DNA of 32,000 nucleotides, taken from Mycobacterium tuberculosis H37Rv. Its GTDB lineage: Bacteria > Actinomycetota > Actinomycetes > Mycobacteriales > Mycobacteriaceae. The notes under the pieces were generated by a model, which saw only the letters and a program-made list of their open reading frames with translations, was not told where the DNA came from and did not search any database. Position 1 is the first letter of the stretch; every line of letters starts with the position of its first letter. The DNA is taken from the NCBI RefSeq assembly GCF_000195955.2, contig NC_000962.3, positions 3,060,001-3,092,000 of the forward strand. The letters run 5' to 3'. A program made the translations under genes and the position numbers. Shown in pieces: positions 10,587-16,893 of this stretch.

Positions 10587-10849
10587 GCCGTGTTCTCTGG
10601 GTGGCCGTCTCGCCACATTGCGTTGACCAGAGCTTCGTCCTGGGTTCCGGTGGCGTTCTCGGCCATCCGGTTCATGAGCGAGCGCGCGGCACTGGCTCGC
10701 AACGCGGCCCGCAGCGCGGCATGCACGGTGTCTTTCTTTGTCGTGGTACCCAGTTCCTTGGCGGCCCGAGCGAGCAGGTCGTCATCGATGTCGATCATGG
10801 TGCGCGTCACACCCGGAGAGCATACTACTAATGCATATCCGCGATGCAT
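10583..10849 (-). CDS. vapB21: VapB21 antitoxin (DUF2191/VapB_antitoxin type); the true start is probably internal
   Basis: Conserved core TMIDIDDDLLARAAKELGTTTKKDTVHAALRAAL. The longest plausible start is ATG 10849 (88 aa). Family members normally begin 2-4 residues before the IDIDD motif, so GTG 10810 (75 aa) or ATG 10798 are more likely. Operator-like repeats lie inside the first 13 codons of the long form. Confidence 0.85.
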   Translation of the reverse strand: MHRGYALVVCSPGVTRTMIDIDDDLLARAAKELGTTTKKDTVHAALRAALRASAARSLMNRMAENATGTQDEALVNAMWRDGHPENTA

Positions 10850-10851
10850 AT
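10831..10851. promoter_or_regulatory. operator-like direct repeat ATGCATAT x2 (each contains the ATGCAT palindrome) upstream of vapB21
   Basis: ATGCATAT occurs at 10831-10838 and 10844-10851 (13-bp period). On the minus strand it is followed by TATGCT (10824-10819, TANNNT), about 8 nt before in-frame GTG 10810. Confidence 0.4.
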
Positions 10852-10874
10852 AACGGATGTATCTCAGGCGGGGC

Positions 10875-11270
10875 TCAGGTGCACGCGGGCCGGATATCGG
10901 TATGCGTGAAGTCATCGCCACGAAACAGCAGCGGCTCCCCGGTGACCTGGGCCAGGGCGTAGCTGTAGGTGTCGCCGAGGTTGAGACGGGCCGGATGGCC
11001 GCTGCCGCGGCCGTAGTCGCGATACGCCTGCGCGGCCACGCGGGCTTGGTCGGCGTCGACGGCTTCGACCTGGATTCCGTAGTCGTCCAGCAAACGGTCC
11101 ACCAATCGAGAGATCTCCGGCCGGTCCCGCCGCTGCATGATCGCGCACAGTTCGACGTAGTTGGGCGCGGACATTCGGGAGTTCGGTGACCGCTCCAGCG
11201 CCTCCTTGAGCACCTGCGCGCCCGATTCCCCGCTCACGATGGCGACGATGGCCGACGTATCGACGATCAC
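10875..11270 (-). CDS. vapC22: PIN-domain ribonuclease toxin VapC22 (131 aa)
   Basis: GTG 11270 overlaps the antitoxin stop (GTGA). MIVDTSAIVAIVSGE... has a typical PIN N-terminus (VDTS), NYVELCAI, and LNLGDTYSYALAQVTGEPLLFRGDDF. Confidence 0.92.
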   Translation of the reverse strand: MIVDTSAIVAIVSGESGAQVLKEALERSPNSRMSAPNYVELCAIMQRRDRPEISRLVDRLLDDYGIQVEAVDADQARVAAQAYRDYGRGSGHPARLNLGDTYSYALAQVTGEPLLFRGDDFTHTDIRPACT

Positions 11271-11536
11271 CGGGGCAGACCGCTGTCATCGTAGAGGTCG
11301 ACCTCGTGTCGCCGAATCAGGCGCTTGTCGTCGTCGCTGAGCAGCTTGTCGAGGTCGCGCAGGGTCTGTTCGGCGGCGGCGCGCCGGGCCTCCGCGCGTG
11401 CCCTGTCCTCGCGGTCCAACTCCGAGAGGCGGCGCGCGACGGCGTCCTCGACAGCAGCCGTCTGGTTGGTGCCGGTGCGTGCGGCCAGTTCCCGCACCAG
11501 CGCCACGGTGCGCTGGCTCTTGATATTGAGGCTCAT
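11267..11536 (-). CDS. vapB22: VapB22 antitoxin (Rv0623-like transcription factor family, 89 aa)
   Basis: MSLNIKSQRTVALVRELAARTGTNQTAAVEDAVARRL matches the Rv0623-like antitoxin N-terminus. It starts 9 nt after the hsdS stop with no recognisable Shine-Dalgarno sequence. Confidence 0.9.
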   Translation of the reverse strand: MSLNIKSQRTVALVRELAARTGTNQTAAVEDAVARRLSELDREDRARAEARRAAAEQTLRDLDKLLSDDDKRLIRRHEVDLYDDSGLPR

Positions 11537-11545
11537 GGTAGAAGG

Positions 11546-12640
11546 CTACCGGCCAGCGGGTAGACCATCTATCCCGGACATCAACAGCGGAAGCAGCGCA
11601 TCGCGGCAGGATGCCAGGCGTGCGGATTCAATCCGCCGCTCGTTGCACAGCGCACCCAGGTTCGCGATTGCGGCCGCGTGTCCGGGAGTCAACCGGCGCA
11701 CATCGCGCACCCAAACCCGCAACAGCTGGGTCGGTTGGATTCGTTGCCGGCTTCCCGTCATGCCCCCGACTAACTGCCGCAGTTCTGCCAGGACATCGGG
11801 TTGTCGCAGCGCCGCCCACAGGGCCGAAGTGTCGACGCCGACTGGCCGCAGCACGACGAACTCCGTACTCGCCAGCGCCATTTCCGACGGGAGGCTGGTG
11901 ATGTTCCAGATTCGCGGGATTCTTGGATTCAGTTTCGGGAACAACACACACGGCTGCGACACGACGAGCTTTGCGCTCCTGATCGTTCGCCCACCGACGC
12001 GACTGGGCTGGGCGCCGCCGTCGAATGCCGCGAAACTGTAATGGGCGACGGTGCTATCGAAGTGCTGCGCATCAAGACATGCGGTTGACCTGCTCGCCAG
12101 GCTCGACAACGGCACGTATGCAGAGAGCCGCCCGACGATCGCAAGCATCAACGCCTCGGCGGCTTCGATGACACGGTCGTTGGCGGCGATCTTGTCGTCG
12201 AAGGCGCCTAGGATCTCGCCGATTCGAGGGCGGTCGGGCGCGGCGACGGCCGATACCGAAACGTTCCGCAGAACACCCTGACTCAGCAGGGGCTGTCCCG
12301 ATCCGGCCCGATATCGGTTGAGCCCGAAACCCAGTAGCGCGTAATACCAATATCGGGTTTCCTCGGGCTTCTTGGCCCGACACGCCAGCGCGTTGTCGGT
12401 CACCCACACGTCGGAATCGCAATAGCGCAGGCTACCGCAGTACGAGCCGACGCGGCCGACGACGATCAGCGGGCCACGCGCGTTGTGTTGGGCGGAATAT
12501 CCGATAACCCCGTTTGCACCATAGACGGGATAGCGGCCGCCGGGCTCGCTCGCTGGCGACGTATGGCCAGACGTATGGCCATTCGAGAAGTCGAGATGGT
12601 CCCCTAGCCTTACCTTTTCGACTTTCTCGACGCGGCTCAT
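11546..12640 (-). CDS. hsdS: type I R-M specificity subunit HsdS (364 aa, two target-recognition domains)
   Basis: Two TRD-like halves (YPVYGANGVIGY...VVGRVGSYCG...VWVTDNA and a second TRD) are separated by helical conserved regions (IGEILGAFDDKIAANDRVIEAAEAL; C-terminal LGALCNERRIESARLASCRDALLPLLMSG). ATG 12640 overlaps the upstream stop (ATGA). Confidence 0.9.
   Translation of the reverse strand: MSRVEKVEKVRLGDHLDFSNGHTSGHTSPASEPGGRYPVYGANGVIGYSAQHNARGPLIVVGRVGSYCGSLRYCDSDVWVTDNALACRAKKPEETRYWYYALLGFGLNRYRAGSGQPLLSQGVLRNVSVSAVAAPDRPRIGEILGAFDDKIAANDRVIEAAEALMLAIVGRLSAYVPLSSLASRSTACLDAQHFDSTVAHYSFAAFDGGAQPSRVGGRTIRSAKLVVSQPCVLFPKLNPRIPRIWNITSLPSEMALASTEFVVLRPVGVDTSALWAALRQPDVLAELRQLVGGMTGSRQRIQPTQLLRVWVRDVRRLTPGHAAAIANLGALCNERRIESARLASCRDALLPLLMSGIDGLPAGR
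12558..12581. repeat. perfect 12-bp tandem duplication GACGTATGGCCA x2 inside hsdS TRD1
   Basis: 12558-12569 equals 12570-12581. It is in frame and encodes GHTS-GHTS in ...SNGHTSGHTSPASEPG... Confidence 0.9.
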
Positions 12641-13056
12641 CCGTTAGTCCGCTTGGTGGCCGCGCACAGTTCCCCAGCCAGATCACCCCGGGTGGACACG
12701 GCGATCCCCCCCAATCCCAGCCACGACGCCATCGACGCCAGCTCGCCGGCCAACCCCTCGGCAACCGTGACCGGCGGTATGTCGAGTTCGCCAAGCACGC
12801 CCGCCACGGGCAAGCTGTCCGCGGCGCGGTCGGTTTTGCGGTCCACCCGCGCAACCGGGTGTCCGTCAAGGGGCCGCACGTAATACAAGTGCCGGCGTTT
12901 GGCCGCCACTGCCGCCGAATCCAGCTGCCGCACTTGGATTCGCGAGATCAGCCGCTTGCGGTCGGCACCGGCGATCGGGCCGGCCGACCCGGGTTCGGCG
13001 ACGCCTCCTACGACGACGGCCGCCCGGCGGTCCCACGCAGCAGTCGCGGCGCTCAT
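12637..13056 (-). CDS. 139-aa protein resembling only the C-terminal third of YcaQ/AlkZ-like winged-helix DNA glycosylases (Rv2762c-like; probable gene remnant)
   Basis: ATG 13056. ...DRKRLISRIQV...RRHLYYVRPLDGHPVARVDRKTDRAADSLPVAGVLGEL...LASMASWLGLGGIAV resembles the family C-terminus as I remember it (YYxLP...G..VxRVDxKxDR...L.V). The upstream part of track ORF 12637-13311 overlaps dfrA and is rejected. Confidence 0.6.
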   Translation of the reverse strand: MSAATAAWDRRAAVVVGGVAEPGSAGPIAGADRKRLISRIQVRQLDSAAVAAKRRHLYYVRPLDGHPVARVDRKTDRAADSLPVAGVLGELDIPPVTVAEGLAGELASMASWLGLGGIAVSTRGDLAGELCAATKRTNG

Positions 13057-13129
13057 GAGCGCGCGCCGCGACGATGCAGTGGGGGTACCACCCGCTTGCG
13101 GGGGACGAAGCGATGAGGAGAAGCGGCGC

Positions 13130-13609
13130 TCATGAGCGGTGGTAGCTGTACAACCGGTACCGCAACCCGGACCGGCTGAAGCGCCACTCCCCCGTCTCGC
13201 CCCGCCATGTCTCGTCCAGCACGGGGGCCAGCGCGTCACCGGCTTCGCGCGGCAGGCCGATGTCGACCTCGGTAACCTCACATCTGGTCGCGTACGGCAG
13301 CGCCAGCGCATAGACTTGTCCGCCTCCGATCACCCACGTCTCCGGGCTGGTCAGCGCCTCCTCGAGTGAACCGACAACCTCAGCCCCGCTGGCCATAAAG
13401 TCAGCTTGGCGGCTCAGTACGACATTTCGCCGGCCGGGCAGCGGCCGGACTTTAGCCGGCAGCGAATCCCATGTGCGCCGGCCCATCACGATCGTGTGCC
13501 CCATGGTGATCTCCCGGAAATGCGCCTGGTCCTCGGGCAAGCGCCAGGGGATGTCGCCGCCGCGGCCGATGACACCCGATGTCGCTTGAGCCCAGATCAG
13601 CCCCACCAT
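13130..13609 (-). CDS. dfrA: dihydrofolate reductase (159 aa)
   Basis: [51 protein letters not shown] carries canonical DHFR motifs. An alternative upstream ATG at 13624 would add 5 residues. Confidence 0.93.
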
Positions 13610-13679
13610 CGTCACACGCGTCACTCCTTGATTCCGGCTTGAAGGCTGTCCGAGCCGACTTCATTGTCGTCGGCGCGCC

Positions 13680-14471
13680 TCATACCGCGACTGGAGCTTT
13701 GATCGCCGGATGCGGATCGTAGTTCTTCACAACGATGTCTTCATAGGTGTACTCGAAGATTGAATCCCGGTCGGCTAGAAGTAGTTTCGGATATGGCCGC
13801 GGCTCGCGGCTGAGCTGCAGCCGTACTTGCTCGACGTGATTGTCGTAGATGTGGCAGTCGCCACCGGTCCAGATGAACTCGCCGACCGACAAGCCGGCCT
13901 GGGCGGCCATCATGTGGGTGAGCAACGCATAGCTGGCGATGTTGAACGGCACACCCAGAAACAGGTCGGCGCTGCGTTGGTAGAGCTGACAGCTCAGCCG
14001 GCCATCGGCGACGTAGAACTGGAAGAACGCATGACAGGGCGGCAGCGCCATCCGCTCGATTTCGCCGACGTTCCAGGCCGACACGATGATGCGCCGGGAA
14101 TCGGGATCGGTGCGCAGCAAATCCAGCGCCGCGCTGATCTGGTCGATGTGCTCACCGGATGGAGCCGGCCACGATCGCCATTGTACACCGTAGATCGGCC
14201 CGAGTTCGCCTGTATCACTTGCCCATTCGTCCCAGATGGTGACTCCGTGCTCGTGCAGCCAACCGATATTGGAATCGCCGCGCAAAAACCACAGCAGCTC
14301 GTAGGCTACCGATTTGAAATGGACTTTCTTGGTAGTGAGCAGCGGGAAACCGGCCGACAAATCATAGCGCATCTGCTGGCCGAACAGGCTGCGGGTTCCG
14401 GTGCCGGTGCGGTCGGATTTGGGCGTACCCGTTTCGAGCACGAAGCGCAGCAGGTCCTCGTATGGCGTCAC
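13680..14471 (-). CDS. thyA: thymidylate synthase ThyA (263 aa from GTG 14471; 266 aa if GTG 14480 is used)
   Basis: [12 protein letters not shown], catalytic-Cys context [14 protein letters not shown], and [16 protein letters not shown]. There are two in-frame GTG codons 9 nt apart. Confidence 0.93.
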
Positions 14472-14486
14472 GATTGACACGCGGTC

Positions 14487-14492
14487 AGCCTA
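14487..14492 (-). promoter_or_regulatory. candidate -10 hexamer TAGGCT for thyA
   Basis: The minus strand reads cgccgcTAGGCTgaccgcGTGtcaatcGTGacg. This is a TANNNT hexamer 6 nt before GTG 14480, with no SD before either GTG. Confidence 0.35.
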
Positions 14493-14604
14493 GCGGCGAT
14501 CGCAAGCGCGGCGAAGCCGCCGCAGCGACTCGCCGCCAAACAAACCCAGCGGGCGATCGCAAGCGCGGCGAAGCCGGGCACAGCGAGTCGACGGGAATAC
14601 ACCC
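14492..14604. repeat. two tandem copies of a ~56-bp unit (VNTR/MIRU-like) in the divergent thyA / hydrolase intergenic region
   Basis: Copy 1 (14492-14547) reads AGCGGCGATCGCAAGCGCGGCGAAGCCGCCGCAGCGACTCGCCGCCAAACAAACCC. Copy 2 (14548-14604) reads AGCGGGCGATCGCAAGCGCGGCGAAGCCGGGCACAGCGAGTCGACGGGAATACACCC. The first ~28 nt are identical apart from one indel and the rest has diverged. Each copy contains the small hairpin GCGGC-GAA-GCCGC. Confidence 0.85.
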
Positions 14605-14635
14605 AGATCCGCGCCACAGGAGTACAACGGAGGCC

Positions 14636-15373
14636 ATGCCGAAAACCACCGACACCGCCGCTACTCCTGACGGCACCTGCGCCGTGCGTCTGTTCACTCC
14701 CGATGGTCCGGGCCGCTGGCCCGGTGTGGTGATGTTTCCTGACGCCGGCGGCGTTCGGGACACCTTCGACCGGATGGCCGCCAAGCTAGCCGGATTCGGT
14801 TACGTGGTTCTGCTTCCCGACGTGTACTACCGCGAAGGCGACTGGGCTCCATTCGATATGAAGACCGCGTTCGGCGATCCGCAAGAACGCGCACGGATCA
14901 TGTTTATGATTGGCACCCTAACGCCCGACCGGGTAACCCGTGATGCCGATGCGCTTCTCAACTACCTGGCCAGCCGCCCGGAGGTGATCGGGGACCGCTT
15001 CGGTGTCTGCGGCTACTGCATGGGCGGGCGAATGTCGGTGGTGGTGGCCGGCCGCCTGCCGGATCGTGTCGCCGCCGCGGCAGCTTTCCACCCCGGCGGT
15101 TTGGTGGCCAACAGCCCGGACAGCCCGCACTTGCTGGCCGACCGGATCAGCGCCACCGTCTACATCGGCGGCGCGGAGAACGACCCGTCGTTCACCGCCG
15201 ACCACGCCGAGAAACTCGACAAAGCGTTCAGCGCGGCCGGCGTGCCGCACCGCATCGAGTGCTACCCGGCCGCCCACGGGTTCGCGGTCCCGGACAATCC
15301 GTCTTATGACGCCGCAGCCGACGAACGCCATTGGGCAGCAATGACAGAGACCTTCGGCGCAGCGCTCAACTAG
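14636..15373 (+). CDS. dienelactone-hydrolase-family alpha/beta hydrolase (245 aa, Rv2765-like)
   Basis: ATG 14636 is preceded by ACGGAGG. The nucleophile elbow is GVCGYCMGG (G-x-C-x-G-G, Cys nucleophile typical of DLH), with a C-terminal HGF. The first 58 codons of track ORF 14462-15373 merely translate the tandem repeat. Confidence 0.88.
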   Translation: MPKTTDTAATPDGTCAVRLFTPDGPGRWPGVVMFPDAGGVRDTFDRMAAKLAGFGYVVLLPDVYYREGDWAPFDMKTAFGDPQERARIMFMIGTLTPDRVTRDADALLNYLASRPEVIGDRFGVCGYCMGGRMSVVVAGRLPDRVAAAAAFHPGGLVANSPDSPHLLADRISATVYIGGAENDPSFTADHAEKLDKAFSAAGVPHRIECYPAAHGFAVPDNPSYDAAADERHWAAMTETFGAALN

Positions 15374-15378
15374 CCCCG

Positions 15379-15438
15379 CCAAGCAGACGCAGAATCGCAT
15401 TAATCGCGCCCGGTTTGTGCGATTCTGCGTCTGCTTGG
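15379..15438. terminator. perfect 21-bp inverted repeat (18-nt loop) between convergent genes; probable bidirectional, U-tract-less terminator or RNA-stability hairpin
   Basis: CCAAGCAGACGCAGAATCGCA (15379-15399) is the exact reverse complement of TGCGATTCTGCGTCTGCTTGG (15418-15438). It begins 6 nt after the hydrolase stop codon. Confidence 0.55.
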
Positions 15439-15587
15439 CAGCACCTCAGGCGCCGCGACGTCGATCCCGATGATGATTCAGCCGACGCCGGTCCGCGGTG
15501 CGCCCCGCGAGCTACGCGTCGAGTTGCGTCCGCGGCAGTGCGTGGACGCACTTTCCACGGGGCAAAGGCGCCCCTACACCGGCGCGG

Positions 15588-16370
15588 TCAATGCTCAGTG
15601 CTGGGTGCGGCCCGGAATCCCAGCGCGTTGCCGAGCAGTAGACCGCCGTCGATGATCATGGTTTCGCCGGTGATCCAGCTTGCGGCATCCGAAACCAGGA
15701 ACGCGACCGCGCTCGCTATGTCGGCCGGCTCCCCGATTCGTCCGAGCGCAATGGTCGCCGCCAACGGATCCTCGTGGTCCTTCCACAGCGCCTCGGCAAG
15801 CCTGGTGCGAACCACCCCGGGACAGATCGCATTCACCCGGATGCGCGGTGAAAGCTCCAGCGCCAGCTGCTTGGTGACGTGGATCAGCGCGGCTTTGGTC
15901 GCGTTGTACATGCCCATGGCCGGGGACTGGTGCATCCCGCCGATGGAGGCGGTGTTGACCACCGCGCCGCCGTGCTCGCCCATCCACGCCGTCACGACGA
16001 GCGAGGTCCACATCAGCGGTGCCCACAGGTTGACGTCGAAGATCTTGGCGAAGCGGGCGTGGTCCTGCTCGAGCAGCGGACCGTAAGCCGGGTTGGTTCC
16101 GGCGTTGTTGATCAGGATGTCAACGCTGCCGAAGCGCTCGAGGGTGAGGTCCACACAACGCCGGGCGGCATCCTCGTCGACCGCGTGTGCACCAACGCCC
16201 AGGGCGCGGTCGCCGACCTGTGCAGCAGCCTCGTCGGCAGCTTCCTGCCTGCGTGCGGTGAGCACCACATGGGCGCCGGCAGCTGCCAGCTGTTGGGCGA
16301 TGGCAAGCCCGATGCCTCGCGATGCGCCAGTAATTATGGCGGTGCGGCCGGTCAGATCCAGTGAGGTCAT
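15588..16370 (-). CDS. fabG5: SDR-family 3-oxoacyl-ACP reductase-like protein (260 aa)
   Basis: ATG 16370 (MTSLDLTGRTAIITGASRGIG...). It has TGxxxGIG, NNAG and YNATKAAL (YxxxK). The 35 extra codons of the track ORF are not needed. Confidence 0.9.
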   Translation of the reverse strand: MTSLDLTGRTAIITGASRGIGLAIAQQLAAAGAHVVLTARRQEAADEAAAQVGDRALGVGAHAVDEDAARRCVDLTLERFGSVDILINNAGTNPAYGPLLEQDHARFAKIFDVNLWAPLMWTSLVVTAWMGEHGGAVVNTASIGGMHQSPAMGMYNATKAALIHVTKQLALELSPRIRVNAICPGVVRTRLAEALWKDHEDPLAATIALGRIGEPADIASAVAFLVSDAASWITGETMIIDGGLLLGNALGFRAAPSTEH

Positions 16371-16720
16371 TTGGCTTGCCTTCGGTTGCTGTGGTGGCCG
16401 GACTCCGCCGGCGGGGAGCGTCGGTAGCGCCCCCGCACCGTATGCGACAAGAATGCTAGCGAAATCAAACCCCACGAAACCACCGGTAGTGGTGGTGCTA
16501 TCGCGATTGCCGTAGCCTGCACAACCTCACGCCAGACTTGAGCCACTGCGACCATCTGCGGCGTGTCGCGTGCGTGGTTTAAGTGTCGCGAACGGCGAGG
16601 CCTTACAGCCTCATGATTCCGAATGATTCCGAACGGTATCCGGCTTGAACGTGCCCCAGCTGTGGCGGATTCTGACATTTCTCGGCCAGCCCGGCCACGG
16701 GCACCCTCGTAACCAACCAT
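16367..16720 (-). CDS. hypothetical small membrane protein (Rv2767c-like; 117 aa if ATG 16720, 62 aa if ATG 16555)
   Basis: The stop overlaps the fabG5 start (ATGA), which argues for translation of at least the 3' part. There is one hydrophobic segment, VVQATAIAIAPPLPVVSWGLISLAFL. The 5' part is Arg-rich and contains a 10-bp (non-triplet) tandem duplication, so the long form is doubtful. Confidence 0.4.
   Translation of the reverse strand: MVGYEGARGRAGREMSESATAGARSSRIPFGIIRNHEAVRPRRSRHLNHARDTPQMVAVAQVWREVVQATAIAIAPPLPVVSWGLISLAFLSHTVRGRYRRSPPAESGHHSNRRQAK
16613..16632. repeat. perfect 10-bp tandem duplication ATGATTCCGA x2
   Basis: 16613-16622 equals 16623-16632. It lies inside the long form of the Rv2767c-like ORF. 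Confidence 0.9.
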
Positions 16721-16893
16721 TTCGCCGCTAGCGAGCCCGGCGGGGGCGGCTGCGACGCCATGGCTCCGGCGGCTTGATTGACGGTCCGGGCGGCGTCGGT
16801 TGCGGCCCCACCGTCGGTTGCCGCACCGGCCACGCCTGGCGGGTCGCTGTGCGGGACATAGCCGGCCGGCCCGGTCGATGGGCCACAGGCCAA

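Noticed and set aside
14492-14604. Possible CRISPR array or named MIRU locus
   Set aside because: There are only two directly adjacent copies with no spacers, and no cas genes anywhere in the window. I cannot confirm from memory that it belongs to a named MIRU/VNTR class, so it is reported only as a generic tandem repeat.
14462-14635. 58-codon N-terminal extension of the hydrolase ORF (contains GDRKRGEA twice)
   Set aside because: The repeated peptide is just the translation of the 56-bp tandem DNA repeat. The SD-preceded ATG 14636 gives a complete dienelactone-hydrolase-type protein.
15524-15551. Small hairpin GTGCGTCC-N12-GGACGCAC downstream of the fabG5 stop
   Set aside because: The stem is only 8 bp with a large loop in GC-rich DNA. 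Such hairpins are expected by chance, so it is not reported as a terminator.
16794-16821. CGTCGGTTGC repeated at an 18-bp period downstream of PPE43 (would translate as GAATDGGAATDA)
   Set aside because: There are only two short copies. The containing ORF (16603-16893) has no start context or PE/PPE domain. It is possibly a decayed repeat but is not supportable as a feature.
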